Sequence record: SRR2962707_937
Strand: one strand, 5' to 3'
Length of the DNA stretch: 41,316 bases
The translations under genes and the position numbers were made by a program. This document shows positions 18,208 to 29,277 of this stretch, one piece after another. The notes below the pieces were generated by a model. It was not told where the DNA came from and ran no database searches. It was given only the letters and a program-made list of their open reading frames with translations. Numbering within the stretch: position 1 is the stretch's first letter; every line of letters starts with the position of its first letter.

Positions 18208-18974
18208 TCGAGAAACGCCTTGCCGATGAGGGGGGTTGAGGGGGCGGCCATGTCGCGCGGCTCCATAGGGTCGGATTGGTAGGCGAGGCGACCTGCCTTG
18301 ACCGCGTGGGCGAACCCCTCGGCCATGGCCGCCGGATCGCCTGCCTTGGCAACTGCGGTGTTCAACAGCACCGCGTCAAACCCCATCTCCATCGCCATCG
18401 ACGCCTGACTGGGCAGGCCAAGCCCGGCGTCCACCACCATTGGCACATCGGGGAACTGGGCACGCAGCGTGCGCAAGCCATAGATATTGGTCAGCCCCAG
18501 CCCGGTGCCAATGGGCGCACCCCAGGGCATGAGCACCTCGCATCCCGCATTCAGCAGTCGATCTGCCAGCACCACGTCTTCGGTCATGTAGGGAAAGACG
18601 TTGAAGCCATCCTCGGTCAGGATACGCGCGGCTTCTAACAAGGCGAAGGGGTCAGGTTGGAGCGTATCGGCATGGCCGATCACCTCAAGTTTGATCCACG
18701 GCGTGTCGAAAAGCTCGCGTGCCATGTGCGCTGTTGTGATCGCCTCGCGGGCGGAATGGCATCCAGCGGTGTTTGGCAGCAGTGTCACGCCCAGATCGCG
18801 CACCAGCCCCCAAAAGGCTTTGCCGGCGCGTTCGCCGCCTGCCTCTCGGCGAACAGAAATGGTGGCAATGCCTGCGCCAGAGCGGACAAAAGCATCTGCC
18901 AACACACGAGGCGAGGGGTACAAGGCTGTGCCGAGCATGAGGCGCGAGGCAATCTCGGTCCCGTAAAGTTTCAT
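18204..18974 (-). CDS. thiG: Thiazole synthase
   Basis: SRLMLGT, LPNTAGC, WIKLEVI (Schiff-base Lys), [22 protein letters not shown]. Start ATG 18974 with GGAGG RBS inside the end of thiS. Confidence 0.96.
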   Translation of the reverse strand: MKLYGTEIASRLMLGTALYPSPRVLADAFVRSGAGIATISVRREAGGERAGKAFWGLVRDLGVTLLPNTAGCHSAREAITTAHMARELFDTPWIKLEVIGHADTLQPDPFALLEAARILTEDGFNVFPYMTEDVVLADRLLNAGCEVLMPWGAPIGTGLGLTNIYGLRTLRAQFPDVPMVVDAGLGLPSQASMAMEMGFDAVLLNTAVAKAGDPAAMAEGFAHAVKAGRLAYQSDPMEPRDMAAPSTPLIGKAFLE

Positions 18975-18975
18975 G

Positions 18976-19173
18976 TCAGCCTCCTTGCTGAGGGGCGACG
19001 ATTTCGATCCGGTCGCCGGGGGCGATTGTGGTCTGGCTGCGCAGCGCCACCGGCACAAAATTTTCATTGACGGCAGTGGCGACCTTTGCCGCGCCATAGC
19101 CAAGTTCGTTGAGAACCTGGGCGAGGGTATCGGCCTGCACGTCGGTTGCGGTGCCGTTAATCGTGATCTTCAT
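18976..19173 (-). CDS. thiS: Sulfur carrier protein ThiS
   Basis: 65 aa, MKITING...VATAVN...GDRIEIV, C-terminal GG. Confidence 0.95.
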   Translation of the reverse strand: MKITINGTATDVQADTLAQVLNELGYGAAKVATAVNENFVPVALRSQTTIAPGDRIEIVAPQQGG

Positions 19174-20134
19174 CCATCAACTCCGGTTTGGTGCCGTCGT
19201 AGGCTGCTTCTACCGCCATCCGCGCCAAGGCAGGCGCCAGAAGGAAACCGTGGCGGAACAGGCCGTTGACGTGGATTGTGTCACCCCGCCGTCGCAGGCG
19301 GGGTAGGTTGTCGGGAAAGGCAGGGCGTGCATCGGCCCCGATCTCTATCAGTTCGGCCTCTCCGAAGGCCGGATGCAGTGCGTAGGCGGCTGAGAGTAGT
19401 TCGAGAACAGAGCGGACGCTTCGCCTGCGATCGTCGCTTTCGATCTGGGTCGCGCCCAGCATGAAATGTCCGTCTTCCCGTGGAACGACGTACAGCGGAA
19501 TGCGCGGATGAAGCAGCCGGATAGGACGGGTCAGGCAAAGCTCCGGGCAGCGCAGCACCGCCATTTCGCCCTTGACCCCGCGCAGATCCGGCAGCGCATC
19601 GCGCGCGGCAAGGCCGCGACAATCAAAGGTCAGGCCCGTCGCGCGGCCCGGCCCGACCACAAAGGTGACCCCGGTCTGTTCCAGCCGGTCGCGCAGGTGG
19701 ATCAGCGCCGCACGTGGGTCAAGATGCGCCTCGTCCGTGACATGCAGTGCGCGGTCAAACCGACCGTCAAGGTCCGGTTCCAGCGCGGTTAGTTCCGGGG
19801 CGTTCAGTCTTTGGTGTCCGTCGACGCGGCGCGCAAAACGATCCAGTTCCCGCCGGTCGCGCCCAAGGGTCAGAACGATCGTGCCCCGCCGCGTGACCGC
19901 GACGCCCTGCTTTGTCCACCAATCGGCGGCCTGCTGGCCCAGTCGAACGACAGGCTCCTCTGACGTTTCACCCTCGCAGAACGGCGCCAGCATCCCGCCG
20001 GCCCACCACGAACAGCCATGCGGACCCGGCCGCGGCGCGGGGTCAAAAACCGTCACCTCGCGGCCCCGCGCGACCAGTTCCGTCGCCACGCAAAGCCCGG
20101 CAACACCGGCGCCGATGACGGTTGCGTGCCTCAT
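19157..20134 (-). CDS. thiO: Glycine oxidase ThiO (FAD-dependent)
   Basis: [48 protein letters not shown]; located between thiD and thiS. Confidence 0.92.
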   Translation of the reverse strand: MRHATVIGAGVAGLCVATELVARGREVTVFDPAPRPGPHGCSWWAGGMLAPFCEGETSEEPVVRLGQQAADWWTKQGVAVTRRGTIVLTLGRDRRELDRFARRVDGHQRLNAPELTALEPDLDGRFDRALHVTDEAHLDPRAALIHLRDRLEQTGVTFVVGPGRATGLTFDCRGLAARDALPDLRGVKGEMAVLRCPELCLTRPIRLLHPRIPLYVVPREDGHFMLGATQIESDDRRRSVRSVLELLSAAYALHPAFGEAELIEIGADARPAFPDNLPRLRRRGDTIHVNGLFRHGFLLAPALARMAVEAAYDGTKPELMDEDHD

Positions 20135-20934
20135 GACCAGACCTCGTGAAAATGATGAACCGGACCATGACCGCTGCCAATGCCAAGGTCGTCCGCTGCG
20201 CGGATTGCGCCGTGCAGCCAGGCCTGCGCCCGGCGCACTGCGGGCTCAAGCTCGGCGCCTTTGGCCAGTTCCGCCGCGATGGCTGATGACAGGCTGCATC
20301 CCGTTCCGTGGGTGTTACGGGTCGTCAGGCGCGGCTGTTCCATCGCCGTGACCCCAGCGGGAGTTATTAGCCAATCGATACACGTCGGTCCCGGTGCGTG
20401 GCCGCCCTTCATCACGACCGCGCGGGCACCAAGTGCCAAAAGCTGCCGCCCCTGCGCCACGGTTTCTTCGGCATTGCTAGCCTCGCTCTGGCGCAGCAGG
20501 CGCGCGGCCTCGGGCAGGTTCGGCGTCAGGACGTTGGCGCGGGCCAGCAAATGCTGGATCAACGCGCCTTCGGCCTCTTGGGTCAGCAGCCTGTCACCCG
20601 ACTTTGCCACCATCACCGGGTCAATGACGACGGGACCGCCGTAGCCCTGGATCGCTTTTGCGACCACCACGACAATTTCGGGCGAGGCCAGCATCCCGAT
20701 CTTGATCGCCTGCGGGTGGATATCGTCGAGCACGGCTGTGATCTGTGCCGCGACCGCGGCGGGGGAAACCGCTTCGACCGTCAGAACGCCGCGCGTGTTC
20801 TGTGCGGTGATTGCCGTGATCGCGGTGGTGCTATAGACTCCAAGCGCCGAAAACGTCTTGAGATCGGCCTGAATGCCCGCGCCTCCGCCACTGTCGGAGC
20901 CTGCTATAGTCAGTGCAGATGGGTGCGGTAACAT
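20131..20934 (-). CDS. thiD: HMP/HMP-P kinase
   Basis: TIAGSDSGGGAGIQADLK, KIGML, DPVMVAKSG, TPNLPEA, KGGH, HGTGC. Start ATG 20934, after GAGGAAG. Confidence 0.96.
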   Translation of the reverse strand: MLPHPSALTIAGSDSGGGAGIQADLKTFSALGVYSTTAITAITAQNTRGVLTVEAVSPAAVAAQITAVLDDIHPQAIKIGMLASPEIVVVVAKAIQGYGGPVVIDPVMVAKSGDRLLTQEAEGALIQHLLARANVLTPNLPEAARLLRQSEASNAEETVAQGRQLLALGARAVVMKGGHAPGPTCIDWLITPAGVTAMEQPRLTTRNTHGTGCSLSSAIAAELAKGAELEPAVRRAQAWLHGAIRAADDLGIGSGHGPVHHFHEVWS

Positions 20935-21001
20935 CGCTTCCTCTTCCCAACGCGGAAAGGAGAAAGACAAGGCGACAGCCATCAGCCGTGCCAGATCGTG
21001 C

Positions 21002-21085
21002 TCCGTTTCCTACGCCGGTATTGCCCGGATCAGGTTCGATGGGTTGGCTTTCACCTCTCAGCCCCAGACAGGGCACCCCAACGGA
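21002..21085 (-). ncRNA. TPP riboswitch (thi-box) aptamer
   Basis: Minus strand reads UCCGUU-GGGGUGCCC...GGGGCUGAGA-GGUGAAAGCC-AACCC-AUCGAACCUGAUCCGGGCAAUACCGGCGUAGGA-AACGGA: conserved CUGAGA, ACCUGAU and AAUACC.GCGUAGG, closed by P1 UCCGUU/AACGGA. Directly upstream of thiD. Confidence 0.97.
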
Positions 21086-21094
21086 TTCGATTAA

Positions 21095-21123
21095 GATGTA
21101 GCAGTCAATTTGCGCGCCCACAA
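21095..21123 (-). promoter_or_regulatory. Candidate sigma70 promoter of the thi operon
   Basis: Minus strand TTGTGG (21123-21118)-N17-TACATC (21100-21095), which would start transcription just before riboswitch P1. Confidence 0.5.
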
Positions 21124-21251
21124 CCGACCTGCGCCCGGCGATCCGTCAGCCCCTGTTATTTCCCACGTAGACTGTGCCGCGTAAACGGACACCGAACCAA
21201 AGTGCACCTGACGGGCCAGAGGCCACGCACTGCGCACCCTGGCAACGACAC

Positions 21252-23618
21252 TTACCCCTTGCGCGTAAAGACCAACGCCATTGAATCCCGCAGCACGATG
21301 GGGCCGCTGACGTAATCCGGGCCGATCCCGGGCGAATGCAGGGCGCATTCCCAGCCAAAGCCTTCGGTGCCCGGCACGCCAAGGCGCAGGGGATCGATAT
21401 CGGATGTCGGTTTGCCTTCCATATGGATGACGCTGTAGACCTGTTCGCCGTCCGGTCCGTGGCGCAGCGACGTGAACAAGGTTCGCCCGTTCAGCGGTTC
21501 GACATAGCCAAAGTGATCCTTGGGGCCGTAGTTTTCACGCAGCCAGGGGCGTGCGGCGCGGAATTCGCGCAGGGCCAGCGTATAGGCCGATTGCACAGGG
21601 TCCAGCCCGGGCAGCGAATGCGAGATGTTACAGTAGTCGTGCATATCGTCCATCCACGCCCGCGCCACCCGTTTTAGCGTGGCAACCGTGTAGTGAGGTC
21701 CGGCGAGCTTGGGATCTGTGGCGTTCAGCAGTCTGGCAATGTCTTCGAGATCGTATTCCGTAACGACGACCAGCGCGGGCAGGAATTCGCAGAACCGGGC
21801 CAGATCGGTGCGCGTTTCGTACCCAAGCTCCTTGAGACGGCGAAAGTTCGACGGGATCGAATAGCTGTATTCATCGACCTGCCATTTGAGGCTGATCGCC
21901 TCTTCGGCCACAACCTTGACCCCGTATTTGTCATCCTGATTGCGGATGAACCCCCAGGACCCCCGCGCCATGGCGTTCAGGAAATCCATCGGCACGCCGG
22001 GCAGACCGACATAGGTCAGGGTGTGCACCGCAGGGTTGTCATAAGCCTTGTCCAGAATTTCCATCCGGGTGTGGCCAAGGCCGGTGTTGATGTTCATTTC
22101 TGGCGACACCTGTGTGCCTCGACGCAACGTGTCGTGGTTTGAGGTGCCGGAAATCCAGTTTGATCCGACCGACAGGCATTCGCGGATGCGCCAGTATTTG
22201 CCCAGCCAGAAAGTATACAGAAACGGCGTGTTGTGGGCAAAGGTCAGCGGACCCCACTGGAACACGTCGTCATCGCGTTGGTTTTCAATGACCGAGCGGT
22301 AGGTCGAGCTGAGTTCCCAGTCTTCGTCCGGCCAAGGGCGGCCATCCTCAAATACGAACCAGGGGCGGTATTGGGTGCCGGCCACCTCTTGCACGATGTC
22401 GGCCATACTTTGCAAAAAGTCGTCGTCATGCATCATACACTGGGCATGGGGGTCCCAGTATTTGAAATCTTGTGCGCCATCGACACGCACACCATCGGCG
22501 CCAAAATTTACCTTGCGGCGCTGCATTTCCAGCAGGATCGCCCGCACGGAAGGATCCTGGTAATCAAGGTTCTGGCCATACATGTTCGGCCCGGCAAAGA
22601 AATGAGAGTTCAGCGCGTTCAGGCCCTGATTGTCAGAATGGCCGAACACCACATCAAATACGAGCTTTTTGGGTTTGCCGGGGAAATTGTGCAGCACGCA
22701 GGCAAGGTCCATCAGCTCATCCGGTCGCCCACTTTCGAGCAGGACGGGATTTACCGCCGCCATGCCGGAAATGACGATGTCATAGCCCCAGTTCGTGGTG
22801 TCGGGACGGTAGAGCGACACGGTCACGCCGGTTTCGGTATCGTCGGTTTCCTGCCAGAAGTCAGGGCCGGTTTCATACACGGTGGTTGGTTCGACCGGCA
22901 GTAGTTGAACGGAATCATAACCCATGAACAGCTGGTCGGCGGGTTCCAGCGGCAAATCCCGGGATATCCGTTCTGACAGGCGTTCAAACTGCCGGGAGAG
23001 GGACGCAATGGTGCCCCCCGCCGTTGCCGACGGCACGTGGATCTGCAGGATGTTCGAGGGCGGGCCAAATTTGTGCGGGGCATCGCCCCTGATGTTTTCG
23101 AAATATGCGGTGTCGGTGCGCCCGGCCTGCAGGGCGTCCATGTCATAGAGTTCGGCCGGGGCCATCACACCAAAGGGCAGGGACATGGCCAGAGGGTCCA
23201 GGATGCGGTGCCAGGCGCCTTCACTGTCGCGCCAAGTGAGCGCGTAGAAATCCCCGATCCGATCGCGCCGACCCGCCACCATGCCGCGCACAGCGGTAAA
23301 ACAATGCGCGTCCAGACGGATCACCGGAACGTAGTTGCGGTCGAACTGCACATCCTGATGTGCGACGGTCAAGTCCAGCGGCGCGGTGGCGGTCAGCACC
23401 TCTAGGAAAACGTCGCCCGAGGGCACGCGGTTTTCGGCAAGTTCCGGCACCCAGAAACCGAAATGGGCGACATCGCCGTCGACCTGGCCACCCAGATACC
23501 GGGCGATCTGCTGTTCCGCATCAAACCGTGTCTCGGCGGTCATCAATATGTGCTGGCAGGTTTCGGCGCGGTCCTGTGCGGCCGCGTCGTCAAAGGTAAT
23601 GCGATCTTCGAGGGGCAT
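21252..23618 (-). CDS. gghA: GH13-like (alpha-amylase fold) glycosidase of the glucosylglycerol hydrolase (GghA/Slr1670-like) type
   Basis: 788 aa; GH13-like motifs NWGYD, DVVFGH, GVRVDGAQDFK (nucleophile Asp), FEDGRPWP (acid/base Glu), SNHDT, plus QWGPLTFAHNTP, recalled from cyanobacterial GghA-type proteins. GGAGG RBS. Family recognised from memory, not by search. Confidence 0.75.
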   Translation of the reverse strand: MPLEDRITFDDAAAQDRAETCQHILMTAETRFDAEQQIARYLGGQVDGDVAHFGFWVPELAENRVPSGDVFLEVLTATAPLDLTVAHQDVQFDRNYVPVIRLDAHCFTAVRGMVAGRRDRIGDFYALTWRDSEGAWHRILDPLAMSLPFGVMAPAELYDMDALQAGRTDTAYFENIRGDAPHKFGPPSNILQIHVPSATAGGTIASLSRQFERLSERISRDLPLEPADQLFMGYDSVQLLPVEPTTVYETGPDFWQETDDTETGVTVSLYRPDTTNWGYDIVISGMAAVNPVLLESGRPDELMDLACVLHNFPGKPKKLVFDVVFGHSDNQGLNALNSHFFAGPNMYGQNLDYQDPSVRAILLEMQRRKVNFGADGVRVDGAQDFKYWDPHAQCMMHDDDFLQSMADIVQEVAGTQYRPWFVFEDGRPWPDEDWELSSTYRSVIENQRDDDVFQWGPLTFAHNTPFLYTFWLGKYWRIRECLSVGSNWISGTSNHDTLRRGTQVSPEMNINTGLGHTRMEILDKAYDNPAVHTLTYVGLPGVPMDFLNAMARGSWGFIRNQDDKYGVKVVAEEAISLKWQVDEYSYSIPSNFRRLKELGYETRTDLARFCEFLPALVVVTEYDLEDIARLLNATDPKLAGPHYTVATLKRVARAWMDDMHDYCNISHSLPGLDPVQSAYTLALREFRAARPWLRENYGPKDHFGYVEPLNGRTLFTSLRHGPDGEQVYSVIHMEGKPTSDIDPLRLGVPGTEGFGWECALHSPGIGPDYVSGPIVLRDSMALVFTRKG

Positions 23619-23639
23619 GTGCCCTCCTGTCTTGGTTAT

Positions 23640-25283
<1,644 letters not shown>

Positions 25284-27191
25284 TTAGCGCTTGTGGCGCT
25301 TCATCACGGCGGCGGCTTTGGCCAGCCGGGGGTCTGTCAGTATGTCGTTTATTCCAGTGGGCAGGCGTTGACGCCAGTTTGGGTATTCGGTGGTTGTACC
25401 GGGCAGATTGGGTTGGTCGGGTATACGTAGGATATTCTCGATCTGGAGCGCTGCAACCCGCGATCCGCTGCTGCCCAGATGATCGTGCATGTTATCCACA
25501 ACCTCGGGCGGGGTATCGCCGGTTTTGGCAGTGTCGCAGTCAAGCGCGGCCACCTCTTTGGTGCGCCAGTCAAGGGCTGCTGTTGCGGCATCGGGGTCCA
25601 TCGTTCCGATTTCGCGGCGCAGGGTGATTTCGTGCCCCACACGCCAGCCATCCCATGTGGGCAGGTCATGTGTCGAAAAACTGGCGATGGTGGCCTGCGG
25701 ATAGGTGCGCGGACTGCGGAAACGCGGTGTCTTGCGACCATTCTGTTCAAAGATAGTCAGGCGGCAGCCAAGGATGCCCGACGCGGCAAGCGCCTTTTGC
25801 AGGCCATCGGGGATGTTTCCCAGATCCTCGCCAACCACCACGGCACCGGCGCGGGCGGCTTCGATCCGTACCACGGCCAACATCGCCGCGAGCGGCATCT
25901 GCACATAGGCCCCCGGCGCGCCATCTGGCACCCAGAAGGCTCGGTCAAACCCAAGGATATGATCGATGCGCAGCATGCCTGCGCTGCGGAACTGGCGGCG
26001 CAGGGTTTCGGCAAGGGCGGCAAAGTGCCCGTCGATCAGCGCCGTCGGGTTGAACGGGGCAAGCTGCCAGTTCTGGCCATCCTTGGAAAACGCATCCGGA
26101 GGCGCACCGAGCGACGCGCCAAAGGCAAAGCTGTTGCGATCCTCCCACGTTTCTGCGCCATGCGGGTGAGTGCCGACGGCCAGGTCAAGGTAGAGGCCCA
26201 AGGCCATGCCGCTGTTGCGGGCCGTGCGGGCCGCCTGTCCAAGCTGTTGTTCGGCCATCCATTGCAGCCAGGCGTGAAAACGCACCCGGGGGGCAAGGTC
26301 ACGCGCGGCCTGTGCCACGGCACCGCTGACCGGGTCGCGAAGGGCGGTAGGCCAGAGGTTCCAGTAGGCGCCGTGTCGTTCGGACAGGGCCTGATGGGTG
26401 GCAAAGGTCTGTAACGGCGCGCCTTCGTGGGTTTGGTATGCCTCAAACTCGGCCGGGTCGCCGGATCGGGTGAATTCGGCAAACGCCCCTTCGAGCGCCG
26501 AAAGACGGGCGGGAATATCGTTGGCGTAATTGATCAGGGTATGGCCCGGCAGGGGCACCTCACCGGGTACGTGCAAATGCAGGGTCGACAGGCGGCGACG
26601 GTGCGAGGGGGTGTAGGGGCTGAACCCGCTGGGGTCGGCGGAAAACCCGGCGTGGATCGGATTTATGCCCAAAAACGCCGCACCAAGGTCGCCTAAACCC
26701 TGCGCCATCCGTGCCAGATCGTCATAATCCCCGATGCCGCCGCGCGCTGCGCTGCGCAGGCCTGCCAGCGGCACGATCAGCCCCCACAGGCGTGGCGGCA
26801 AAGGCAGGCGTGCCGGGGCGACCAGCAGGGTGGTTTGCAGCGCGCCCATGTGCAGAACGTGGCGGCCCAGTGGCAGCGGGGGCAGGCGCGGGCCGCGCCC
26901 TTCGGTGCTGCGGCCATCTTCGTGCGCGATATGCCATGCAGCGTCTTCGGGGATGGGCAGGGTTGTGGGGCGGTCCGGGCGACAGATATGCCAGCGGGGT
27001 AGGTCCCGCACCTGCGCCGCCGTGTCCCGCGTGTGTTCCCGGGCTTCGGCGTCCTTGCTGACAGGGTGGCCCATGGCAGCCAGCAGCGCCCGCGCCGTTT
27101 CTGCAGAGGTGTCGCGGGTGGTTCCGGTCTGGTCAATATAGCTGGGAACCACACCCAGGCTGACCGCCAAGTCTGTCAGAGCATCAGTCAC
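25284..27191 (-). CDS. malQ: 4-alpha-glucanotransferase (amylomaltase, GH77)
   Basis: GIGD, SPYTPS, YLDLAVG, GAPPD, GQNW, RIDHILG, GEDLG, STHD, NLPGT, YPNW. Likely start GTG 27191, overlapping the glgX end. Confidence 0.93.
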   Translation of the reverse strand: MTDALTDLAVSLGVVPSYIDQTGTTRDTSAETARALLAAMGHPVSKDAEAREHTRDTAAQVRDLPRWHICRPDRPTTLPIPEDAAWHIAHEDGRSTEGRGPRLPPLPLGRHVLHMGALQTTLLVAPARLPLPPRLWGLIVPLAGLRSAARGGIGDYDDLARMAQGLGDLGAAFLGINPIHAGFSADPSGFSPYTPSHRRRLSTLHLHVPGEVPLPGHTLINYANDIPARLSALEGAFAEFTRSGDPAEFEAYQTHEGAPLQTFATHQALSERHGAYWNLWPTALRDPVSGAVAQAARDLAPRVRFHAWLQWMAEQQLGQAARTARNSGMALGLYLDLAVGTHPHGAETWEDRNSFAFGASLGAPPDAFSKDGQNWQLAPFNPTALIDGHFAALAETLRRQFRSAGMLRIDHILGFDRAFWVPDGAPGAYVQMPLAAMLAVVRIEAARAGAVVVGEDLGNIPDGLQKALAASGILGCRLTIFEQNGRKTPRFRSPRTYPQATIASFSTHDLPTWDGWRVGHEITLRREIGTMDPDAATAALDWRTKEVAALDCDTAKTGDTPPEVVDNMHDHLGSSGSRVAALQIENILRIPDQPNLPGTTTEYPNWRQRLPTGINDILTDPRLAKAAAVMKRHKR

Positions 27192-29277
27192 GGCGCGCCT
27201 CAAGCACCATGGCGATGACCGATTCCGCGGACATGGGATGTGTCGCCGCGGATGCGGATTGCACGACGCGATCGGGGTTGGACGTGTCCAGATGTACCAC
27301 CCAGTGTTTGCCTTCGGGGGCTTCGGGCAGGGTCAGATCCAGGGCATCACCGGCGTTAAAGGCCAGCAGGATTGCCTCTTCTCGGACGGCGTATTTCGGG
27401 GTGCCCGATGCGGTGCGCATTTCGGCACAGAGAAAGCGCAGATCAGGCGCGTTCCAGTCATCATCCTGCATGTGTTCGCCGTCGGCTCGCCACCAGAATA
27501 GATCTTCGATCCCGTCGACAATGCGTTCGCGGGCATGCAGGAACCGTTTTTGCCGCAGGATCGGGTGCGCCTTGCGAAACGCGATCAGCCGGGTCGTAAA
27601 GGCCATCAGATCGTGGTCGGCATTTTCCCAATCGACCCAGCCGATTTCATTGTCCTGGCAATAGGCGTTGTTGTTGCCCTCTTGCGAATTGCCAAATTCG
27701 TCCCCGGCCAGGATCATCGGCGTGCCTTGTGACAGCAGCAGCGTGGCCAGCATATTGCGCCGACGGCGGGCGCGGGCGGCGTTGATGTCGGGGTCGTCGG
27801 TGAGGCCTTCGACGCCGAAATTGTCGGAATGGTTGGAGCCGTGGCCGTCGCGGTTGTCTTCGCCATTCTTTTCGTTGTGGCGTTCCTCAAAGGCGGTCAC
27901 ATCGGCCAGCGTGTATCCGTCATGCGCTGTGATCAGATTGACCGATGCGGTGGCCGGGCGGCCCGAATGGTCGAACTGCGGAGCAGAGCCGGTAAGGCGG
28001 TCGGCCAGTTCGGCGACCTGGCCTTCATCTCCGCGCCAGAATTTGCGCACGGAATCGCGGTATTTGTCGTTCCATTCGGAAAACGGCGGCGGAAACGCCC
28101 CGACCTGATAGCCGCCCGGCCCGATGTCCCAGGGTTCGGCGACCAGTTTTACATTGGACAAAGCAGGATCCTGGCGCAGCGCCTGAAAGAAGGCGGCGTT
28201 GCGATCAAAGCCCGTCGCCGTGCGCCCAAGGGTCGAGCAGAGGTCAAATCGGAAGCCGTCCACATGCATCACTTCGACCCAGTATCGCAGCGAATCCATC
28301 ACCATCCGCAGGACCATGGGGTGGTCCATGTTCACCGTATTGCCGGTGCCGGTGTCGTTTATGTAATAGCGATTATCCTCGGCCAGTCGGTAATAGCTGA
28401 GGTTATCCAGCCCGCGAAACGCCAGCGTCGGCCCTTGTTCGCTGCCCTCGCAGGTGTGGTTGTAGACGACGTCCAGAATGACTTCGATCCCGACGCTGTG
28501 CAGGCGGGCGACCATATGCTGGAATTCCCACAGCGCATTCTTGGTCAGGTAGCGCGGATCAGGCGCAAAAAAGCCAAGCGTCTGATAGCCCCAGTAATTG
28601 CTAAGCCCCTTTTCAACCAGAAAACGGTCGTTGAGAAAGGCCTGAACCGGCAGCAGTTCGATTGCGGTTATGCCAAGCTTGACCAGATGATCCAGCATGG
28701 CGTCCGACGCCAGCGCAAGAAAGCCACCCTTGTTGAGCACATCGGGGTGCAGCTGCGTCAGGCCGCGCACATGCGCCTCGTAGATGACCGACTGGGAGAT
28801 GGGCGTATTGGGCGGGGTGTCGTTCCCCCAGGCAAAGCTTGGATCTTCGACCACGCAGCGCGGCATGTATTTCGCGCTGTCGCGGGTGTCAAAGCTTAGG
28901 TCTTCGTCATCGTGCCCAACGGTATAGCCCATCAGCGCGTCGTGCCATTTCGGGTGGCCGGTCAGGCGCTTGGCATATGGGTCGATCAACAGTTTGTTGT
29001 GGTTGAAACGGTGGCCTTCTTCGGGCCGATAGGGTCCATCGGCGCGCAAACCATAAAGCTGTCCAGGTCTCACCCCGGACACGTAGCCGTGCCAAACATC
29101 ACCGTCGCGTTCGGGCAGGTCGATGCGGTGTGTCTCGGTCTTGCCGTCCGGCGAAAACAGGCACAGCGTCATGCGGCTTGCGTGTTCGGAAAAGACGGCA
29201 AAATTGACGCCCTCGCCATCGAAAGTGGCCCCCAGAGGGGCAAAGTGGCCGGGGGCCAGTGCGGGTGATTGGATCAT
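27184..29277 (-). CDS. glgX: Glycogen debranching enzyme
   Basis: PLGATFDGEGVNF, NYWGY, DVVYNH, DGFRFD, AEPWD, TAHDG, NNAYCQDN. Start ATG 29277 (ATGA overlap with glgA). Confidence 0.96.
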   Translation of the reverse strand: MIQSPALAPGHFAPLGATFDGEGVNFAVFSEHASRMTLCLFSPDGKTETHRIDLPERDGDVWHGYVSGVRPGQLYGLRADGPYRPEEGHRFNHNKLLIDPYAKRLTGHPKWHDALMGYTVGHDDEDLSFDTRDSAKYMPRCVVEDPSFAWGNDTPPNTPISQSVIYEAHVRGLTQLHPDVLNKGGFLALASDAMLDHLVKLGITAIELLPVQAFLNDRFLVEKGLSNYWGYQTLGFFAPDPRYLTKNALWEFQHMVARLHSVGIEVILDVVYNHTCEGSEQGPTLAFRGLDNLSYYRLAEDNRYYINDTGTGNTVNMDHPMVLRMVMDSLRYWVEVMHVDGFRFDLCSTLGRTATGFDRNAAFFQALRQDPALSNVKLVAEPWDIGPGGYQVGAFPPPFSEWNDKYRDSVRKFWRGDEGQVAELADRLTGSAPQFDHSGRPATASVNLITAHDGYTLADVTAFEERHNEKNGEDNRDGHGSNHSDNFGVEGLTDDPDINAARARRRRNMLATLLLSQGTPMILAGDEFGNSQEGNNNAYCQDNEIGWVDWENADHDLMAFTTRLIAFRKAHPILRQKRFLHARERIVDGIEDLFWWRADGEHMQDDDWNAPDLRFLCAEMRTASGTPKYAVREEAILLAFNAGDALDLTLPEAPEGKHWVVHLDTSNPDRVVQSASAATHPMSAESVIAMVLEARRD

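Noticed and set aside
10149-18974. Metabolic link: DgoA yields pyruvate and glyceraldehyde 3-phosphate, the precursors of DXP used by ThiG
   Set aside because: These are general central metabolites, dxs is not in the window and the two operons have separate regulators; adjacency is more simply coincidental.
21143-21214. 7-bp inverted repeat CCGTCAG/CTGACGG in the gghA-thi spacer, considered as a MITE or IS scar
   Set aside because: Too short, no target duplication, no second copy in the window and no transposase remnant.
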